NCBI GenBank assembly: GCA_937984005.1
Contig: CALJYM010000033.1
Coordinates: 2,288-66,287, forward strand
Reading direction: 5' to 3'
Length of the DNA: 64,000 nt
Source of the DNA: an uncultured Collinsella sp.
GTDB taxonomy: Bacteria > Actinomycetota > Coriobacteriia > Coriobacteriales > Coriobacteriaceae
A model generated the notes under the pieces. That model made no database searches. It worked only from the letters and a program-made list of their open reading frames with translations, and was not told where the DNA came from. The position numbers and the translations under genes are program-made. Each line of letters opens with the position of its first letter. Positions within the stretch are counted from its first letter, which is position 1. This document shows positions 62,562 through 64,000 of the stretch, piece by piece.

Positions 62562-63566
62562 CTATTCCTCGACCGGCGTGAGCACCATGACGGCGCGCGT
62601 ATTGCTAAATGACAGTGAGCGACAGGTCACGAGCGTCACGACCTTGGTTGCCGAAGCAGCGCGATCGCCTGCATCACTCGCCACTGCCGAAGCACCGTCG
62701 AGCATCTCGGACAGGTAGTTCTTGAGCCCGTCGTCACCCTCAAAATTAGGCGTGCGCGCCTTGGCATACGTATCCTCGACGACCTTGGTCGCCAGCGGTC
62801 GCAGCTTATACGTTGCATCGCGCGTGATGTAATATACGTACTCGATGCTATCGAATGTCGCTTGGTCGGTGGTGTCCGAAATCACGTTGAACATCGACCC
62901 GTCATTCATGTGGTGGCCGTAGATCGTGGTCTGCTGGTCAACCATTCCCGGCGCGGTGTCATCGCTATCCAGGAAAATGGCCCCGGACGCATTGGCCATA
63001 CCGTCGAACAGCGTGTTGAGGTATTTGGAGTTGTTATTGGTCTGCACCACGGGATAGTTGATGTTGGTTCCCGGCGCGTAAATCCAACCCACAACCTCGG
63101 GATTTGTCTGGGCAAGTGCATCGAAGTCGATAATCGGCACGCCGCTGGCGTCCTTATCGCTTACATATTGCTTCTCGATTTTCTGGTACGAATCGCTTGC
63201 CTGCTTATAGCCAATCTGAGCATTGATAAAGATGGCAGCGGCGGCAACAATCAGGCCGATGCCGATGATGATGAGTAGAATGGGGATGATGGAGCGGCGT
63301 TTCTTGCGCGGCGACTCGGTGTAGCTGGACGGAGCGCCGCTCGGTTGCCTCGTCGTCCGGGTCCGCTTCTTTGCCGTGCCATATGACGAGGGGCGATACG
63401 CAGCCGGCGTATCCTGACGGCGATGGGACGTCGGCGTTACGGGGCGCGGCGCACGAGCCTGTTGAGGAGAGGATGCCCGACCCTGCTGCATGGAGCGGGC
63501 CGATCCCGCCTTGGATGGATCGGGGATCTGAGAAGCCGAGAAACGTTTTCCCTGATAGTCGGACAT
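62562..63566 (-). CDS. srtB: Class B sortase with a ~100-aa Pro/Arg/Ser-rich cytoplasmic N-terminal extension and a TM anchor
   Basis: SrtB signature NYPVVQTNNNSKYL, catalytic His in TIYGHHM, and active-site VVTLVTCRS (TLxTC). Confidence 0.75.
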   Translation of the reverse strand: MSDYQGKRFSASQIPDPSKAGSARSMQQGRASSPQQARAPRPVTPTSHRRQDTPAAYRPSSYGTAKKRTRTTRQPSGAPSSYTESPRKKRRSIIPILLIIIGIGLIVAAAAIFINAQIGYKQASDSYQKIEKQYVSDKDASGVPIIDFDALAQTNPEVVGWIYAPGTNINYPVVQTNNNSKYLNTLFDGMANASGAIFLDSDDTAPGMVDQQTTIYGHHMNDGSMFNVISDTTDQATFDSIEYVYYITRDATYKLRPLATKVVEDTYAKARTPNFEGDDGLKNYLSEMLDGASAVASDAGDRAASATKVVTLVTCRSLSFSNTRAVMVLTPVEE

Positions 63567-63602
63567 GACTCTCCCTATGATTGCAGCGGAATGGCAAGCC
63601 GC

Positions 63603-64000
63603 TTAGGCGTCGGCCATCTCCTGCTTCATTTTCTCGATAACCTTGCGGTACTCGGGGTCGCAAGCACCCAGAATCTGCGTGGCATAGATGGCGGCGTTCT
63701 TGGCGCCGTTGATGGCAACGCAGGCCACGGGCACGCCCGAAGGCATCTGCACCATCGACAGCAGCGAGTCCATACCGCCCAGGTCACTTGTCTTCATAGG
63801 CACGCCGATAACCGGCAGCGGCGTAAAGGCAGCCACGACACCACCCAGGTGAGCGGCCTTGCCGGCGGCAGCGATAATTACTTTGATACCGCGATCGGCA
63901 GCAGTCGAGGCCCACTCGTGGACCTTCGCCGGCGTGCGGTGTGCGCTCGCAATGACGAGCTCATAGGGCACACCAAGCGCCTCGAGCTCGGCGGTGCAGC
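63603..64000 (-). CDS. purE: N5-carboxyaminoimidazole ribonucleotide mutase, partial (N-terminus beyond window end)
   Basis: Motifs VIASAHRTP and [28 protein letters not shown] are typical of PurE; the listed Met at 63971 is internal. Confidence 0.8.
   Translation of the reverse strand, partial: CTAELEALGVPYELVIASAHRTPAKVHEWASTAADRGIKVIIAAAGKAAHLGGVVAAFTPLPVIGVPMKTSDLGGMDSLLSMVQMPSGVPVACVAINGAKNAAIYATQILGACDPEYRKVIEKMKQEMADA

Overview
This is a 64 kb, high-GC segment of a bacterial chromosome, probably from an anaerobic actinobacterium of the Coriobacteriia type (inference from gene content). Almost every real gene is GC-rich with abundant antisense shadow ORFs, so the plus-strand ORFs in the track over minus-strand genes are artefacts.

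From left to right the window contains:
- **1..5214 (-):** a partial secreted adhesin (signal peptide, von Willebrand factor A (vWA) domain, many tandem pilin-isopeptide-type domains) that runs off the window start.
- **5682..11287 (-):** a complete group-4 energy-converting [NiFe] hydrogenase operon (echABCDEF-like) with the antiporter-like and NuoH-like membrane subunits fused in one 960-aa protein.
- **11.4..31.9 kb:** an accessory-looking block holding:
  - an orphan transposase-like HTH protein next to an AT-rich stretch;
  - an AlbA_2/HATPase_c_4/HTH ATP-binding regulator bracketed by two direct copies of a CTTTCC/GGAAAG-rich palindromic element;
  - a four-gene operon of three small bitopic membrane proteins plus a 3558-aa GLUG-type repeat surface protein;
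  - an AAA_14/DUF4143 ATPase preceded by four 23-bp-phased iterons;
  - an OYE-FAD two-domain enoate-reductase-like flavoenzyme;
  - a regular tandem array of five 80-bp units, each a 67-bp hairpin-forming palindrome, sitting between that reductase and an initiator-type tRNA-Met.
- **32..64 kb:** mostly housekeeping genes:
  - coaX, birA-like, folP-folK fusion, cobB, xth;
  - an ECF transporter operon and glmU-prs;
  - a DUF559 gene flanked by two MITE-like elements, inserted before pth;
  - nfnAB, an IS256-family insertion sequence and a cytidylate-kinase-like gene;
  - a polar amino-acid ABC transporter, yqeY, a prsA-like foldase and a PTS EIIA;
  - purN-purM-purF, a membrane protein, a MoaE-like protein, a class B sortase and partial purE.

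Several intergenic regions share a small GC-rich palindromic repeat family built around a GGGGACAGG/CCTGTCCC core.

The most unusual candidates are the bitopic-protein plus giant-protein operon, the 80-bp palindromic array next to the tRNA, the repeat-bracketed AlbA_2 gene and the iteron cluster.
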